A stretch of 16,669 nucleotides of DNA from contig JBBQPO010000130.1 in assembly GCA_038217285.1 (NCBI GenBank), positions 1 to 16,669 on the forward strand, given 5' to 3'. This DNA comes from Chthonomonadales bacterium (GTDB lineage Bacteria; Armatimonadota; Chthonomonadetes; Chthonomonadales; Chthonomonadaceae). The first letter of the stretch is position 1, and each line of letters starts with the position of its first letter. Position numbers and translations under genes: made by a program. The notes beneath the pieces were generated by a model. The model had not been told where the DNA came from, did not search any database, and saw only the letters and a list, made by a program, of their open reading frames with translations. Below are positions 14,125-16,669 of this stretch, piece by piece.

Positions 14125-15846
14125 TTATTTCGCCTTGGTGCGCGAATGCCGAGCGGGAGGCGTCAGTGTAAATATGAAACCGATCGACTGTGAACGCAGA
14201 CGGTAGGAGAGGCCAACCTGCATACAGTCGAAGTTGCGCGTGAGCGCGACTTCGGAGTCGTAGAAGCGCGACCGCCCGATATCCAGCTTCGTGATATAGC
14301 CGAATCCGATGGGGCCGCTGACGTGATAGGCCAGCCGCAACTCCTGGCGCACATCCCGGCGGTCGAAGAGGAAAGGCGTCTCTCCGATGTCGGTAAAAAA
14401 GCTATAGCCTGCGTTCAAGTTGGAGGTGCGTGTCATGGCGTAGTTGAACGCCACCTCCGGCGAAAACAGCGTGTAGGCGTCGCCGTTGGAGTAGAAACTG
14501 ACCCAGTCGGTCAGACCCGCGCGCACCGACAGGCGACTGCCCAGCAAGTATGGCGTCGAGGCCAGACTGACCCTGGCTGCGACCCGCCCGGCCACCGTTT
14601 TTGCCGGGAACTCTTCGACTCCGCCGAGCGATGCCGTCATGTCAAGCAAAGGGCGCACATCCCTGGCAAACCCAAACTGGTGCGGGGCCGTGAGCGGGGC
14701 TGCATCCTCCTCCGCATTGACGAAGACGCCGCCCGGCCGACTGGATCCGAGCTGGTTCAGAAGGCGCACGCCGACCTCCGGGAAGCGTGAGACACTCAGG
14801 TCGGTAAATCTTCGGTTATAGAGGAACTGTTGGTTCTGTAAGACTGCGTAAAACGTGGTACGTCTCGCCCCAGGCTCCGGATAGGTGTTTTCGGTATAAT
14901 CACGGAAGGTCGGCGGACTTGTCTCCTCTAAAATACTGCGCAACGGATAGGCGAGAGGCGAAATAATGGATTGCGGAGGCGTGGGATCGGCCGTATGAGC
15001 GAGATCCTTTTCGTAGGCCGCATATCCGGTGGGCGCGCGCCGAAAATTCGCCAGGATATCCAGATGCAGCAGCTCATTGTGGTGGGAGAGCGGGCTGTCC
15101 TGATAGTGCAGGCCGAAGCCGTCGTGCTTGTTGAAGGCCGGGGTCAGCGGAACAGACTGCCCTGTCTTCGTACCCAGGCTGCGTTTGTAGTAGGGCAGGG
15201 TCAACAGGCGGGTTGGACCGGCGAAGAAGGTAATGCCGTGGGCTTTCAGATCTTTACCGGGATTGAGGCGGATATCGCGGGCCGTGATATGATAGTCGGG
15301 ATGCTGGCGCACACAAGTCGTAAACGAACCATGCGTGACCAGATAGATCCCATTGCGAATCTCGATGCGTTCGCCTGTGAGATGGTAGAAATCGGTCTGA
15401 AGGTCGGCGTTTGTCAGTGTGCCGTTGCCGTCCTTAAGGTTGACCGTTAGTTCACGCCCGGTGAAGGCCGCCTCTTCCCGCGTCAGGCGAAAGGGCAGGG
15501 GATGCAGGGGATCGGTCGCATCTCCTTTCGCCGTCAACTCGCCGGTTGCCAGGTTGTAGTCGACGGTCTCGGCCTCGAGCACGGTGGGTGTCGAGGTCTG
15601 AGGGTCGGTGTACTGAACGCGTACCGTTCCTTCGAAGTGAAAGAGGTTGGTCTCGGGCTTCCAACTCCAGGACCGGAACTGATCGATGTCGATAGGCCCG
15701 AGCTTACGAGGCGCCTGGGGCGAACGTGCCGTGAGGGGAACTGCAGTACCGGAATTTTGGGCATGGAGAACAGCAGGAAGTACGCTGAAACCGGTTGCCA
15801 GGGCCGTCAGGGGCAGCAGAGTATTATAAGAAGGACGTTTCTTCAT
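14125..15846 (-). CDS. lptD: LPS-assembly protein LptD-like outer-membrane protein (OstA-like jellyroll + beta-barrel), short form
   Basis: Sec signal peptide (MKKR..., hydrophobic core, VLHA|Q). Jellyroll motifs FEGTVRV, LEAETVDYNLATGELTAKG, GSFTTC...PDYHITARDI, LPYY. Aromatic-rich amphipathic strands and C-terminal TRNFDCMQ. Confidence 0.7.
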   Translation of the reverse strand: MKKRPSYNTLLPLTALATGFSVLPAVLHAQNSGTAVPLTARSPQAPRKLGPIDIDQFRSWSWKPETNLFHFEGTVRVQYTDPQTSTPTVLEAETVDYNLATGELTAKGDATDPLHPLPFRLTREEAAFTGRELTVNLKDGNGTLTNADLQTDFYHLTGERIEIRNGIYLVTHGSFTTCVRQHPDYHITARDIRLNPGKDLKAHGITFFAGPTRLLTLPYYKRSLGTKTGQSVPLTPAFNKHDGFGLHYQDSPLSHHNELLHLDILANFRRAPTGYAAYEKDLAHTADPTPPQSIISPLAYPLRSILEETSPPTFRDYTENTYPEPGARRTTFYAVLQNQQFLYNRRFTDLSVSRFPEVGVRLLNQLGSSRPGGVFVNAEEDAAPLTAPHQFGFARDVRPLLDMTASLGGVEEFPAKTVAGRVAARVSLASTPYLLGSRLSVRAGLTDWVSFYSNGDAYTLFSPEVAFNYAMTRTSNLNAGYSFFTDIGETPFLFDRRDVRQELRLAYHVSGPIGFGYITKLDIGRSRFYDSEVALTRNFDCMQVGLSYRLRSQSIGFIFTLTPPARHSRTKAK

Positions 15847-15865
15847 CGGTTAGGGTGGGCATCTT

Positions 15866-16669
15866 TCATGCGAAATCGAGTTCGCGGTCGCGTCGAAGGC
15901 GTTCGCGCCGCGCCTGCGGGTCTTCGTCCTGTTCGGCCGGAGCCAGTCCCGCCGTCATCGCCTGTCGGAACGCTTCGTCATCGTAGAGGCGCGTCCGCAC
16001 AACAACCGGCATAGGAACAGCATGGCCGAAGATCATCGCCTGCTGGCGCGTCTCCAGGCTTGTCAGAACGCTGCGCAGACTGCTCGCGCCGTTCACGCCG
16101 GTCAACACGGCGTCGATATCTTTCTCATCGTCCAGCAGGCAGCAGATTTTGGTTCCGACCTGCGAGAGCACCTCATCGTCGATCCCGCTGGGCCGCTGAT
16201 CGACAATTAGCAGCGTGACATTGTATTTGCGCATTTCGCGCGCGATCGTTCCAAAGATCGTCTGATCGGCCAGGCCGGGCGCGAGGAACTTATGCGCCTC
16301 TTCGATGGTGATGACCAGCGGATGCGGCTTCGGCCCGCTCTGGCTCAGATACCGCTCTGTCTCTTCGACATAGATGCTGTGGAGCCGCCGGGTCAGAATA
16401 TTCACGACGAGCATATACTGAACCGGGCGGTCGTTCTGCCCGAACTCCAGCACGACATGACGCCCCGCGCGCAGCGTATTCAGGATCTTATCCACGGCAT
16501 CATCCTCGGCGGCGATGTCCGGCACGAGAAAGTCTTTGCACTGTTCGGTCAGGGTGAGCAGCTTACGCTGCAGCGCGGACAACGCGCCCTGATGGGCGTT
16601 GTTCTCTCCGACGAAATCCTTGATGTCTTCGACGCTCATGTCGAGAAACTGTTGCAGCCAGCTTTTCTG
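15866..16669 (-). CDS. HerA/FtsK-superfamily ATPase (HerA-like helicase), C-terminal part; 5' end beyond the window
   Basis: The frame is open to the window edge (QKSWLQQFLDMSVEDIK...). Walker B VITIEEAHKFL, arginine-finger segment IAREMRKYNV and LIVDQRPSGID are characteristic of HerA. Confidence 0.88.
   Translation of the reverse strand, partial: QKSWLQQFLDMSVEDIKDFVGENNAHQGALSALQRKLLTLTEQCKDFLVPDIAAEDDAVDKILNTLRAGRHVVLEFGQNDRPVQYMLVVNILTRRLHSIYVEETERYLSQSGPKPHPLVITIEEAHKFLAPGLADQTIFGTIAREMRKYNVTLLIVDQRPSGIDDEVLSQVGTKICCLLDDEKDIDAVLTGVNGASSLRSVLTSLETRQQAMIFGHAVPMPVVVRTRLYDDEAFRQAMTAGLAPAEQDEDPQARRERLRRDRELDFA

Overview
High-GC bacterial chromosomal window; the gene mix suggests a diderm such as Armatimonadota or a relative, which is inference only. 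It has three blocks. (1) 1-4261 (+) is a tightly coupled module: the 3' end of a sigma-70/ECF-like region-4 protein, an XRE-HTH protein with extra N- and C-terminal domains, and a 1162-aa fusion of an ImmA/IrrE-type Zn-metallopeptidase, a complete UvrD/PcrA SF1 helicase and an AddB/Cas4-like 4-Cys PD-(D/E)XK domain whose catalytic motif looks degenerate. This is the most interesting feature and is a candidate self-contained DNA-damage or foreign-DNA sensing protease switch. (2) 4408-10742 holds an LPLAT acyltransferase (-) divergent from an ArsR-like wHTH regulator, tricorn protease and a cysteine-desulfurase-like PLP enzyme (+). The shared intergenic region has a perfect TTGACA-17-TATAAT promoter and a mirror-symmetric operator layout centred near 5374. 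(3) 10858-16669 (-) is a probable operon: HerA-like ATPase (partial), a short LptD-like protein, alpha2-type glycyl-tRNA synthetase and an unusual GNAT-like/TrmH methyltransferase fusion. No rRNA, tRNA, CRISPR array or transposase was recognised. All protein family calls come from reading motifs by eye; no database search was run.
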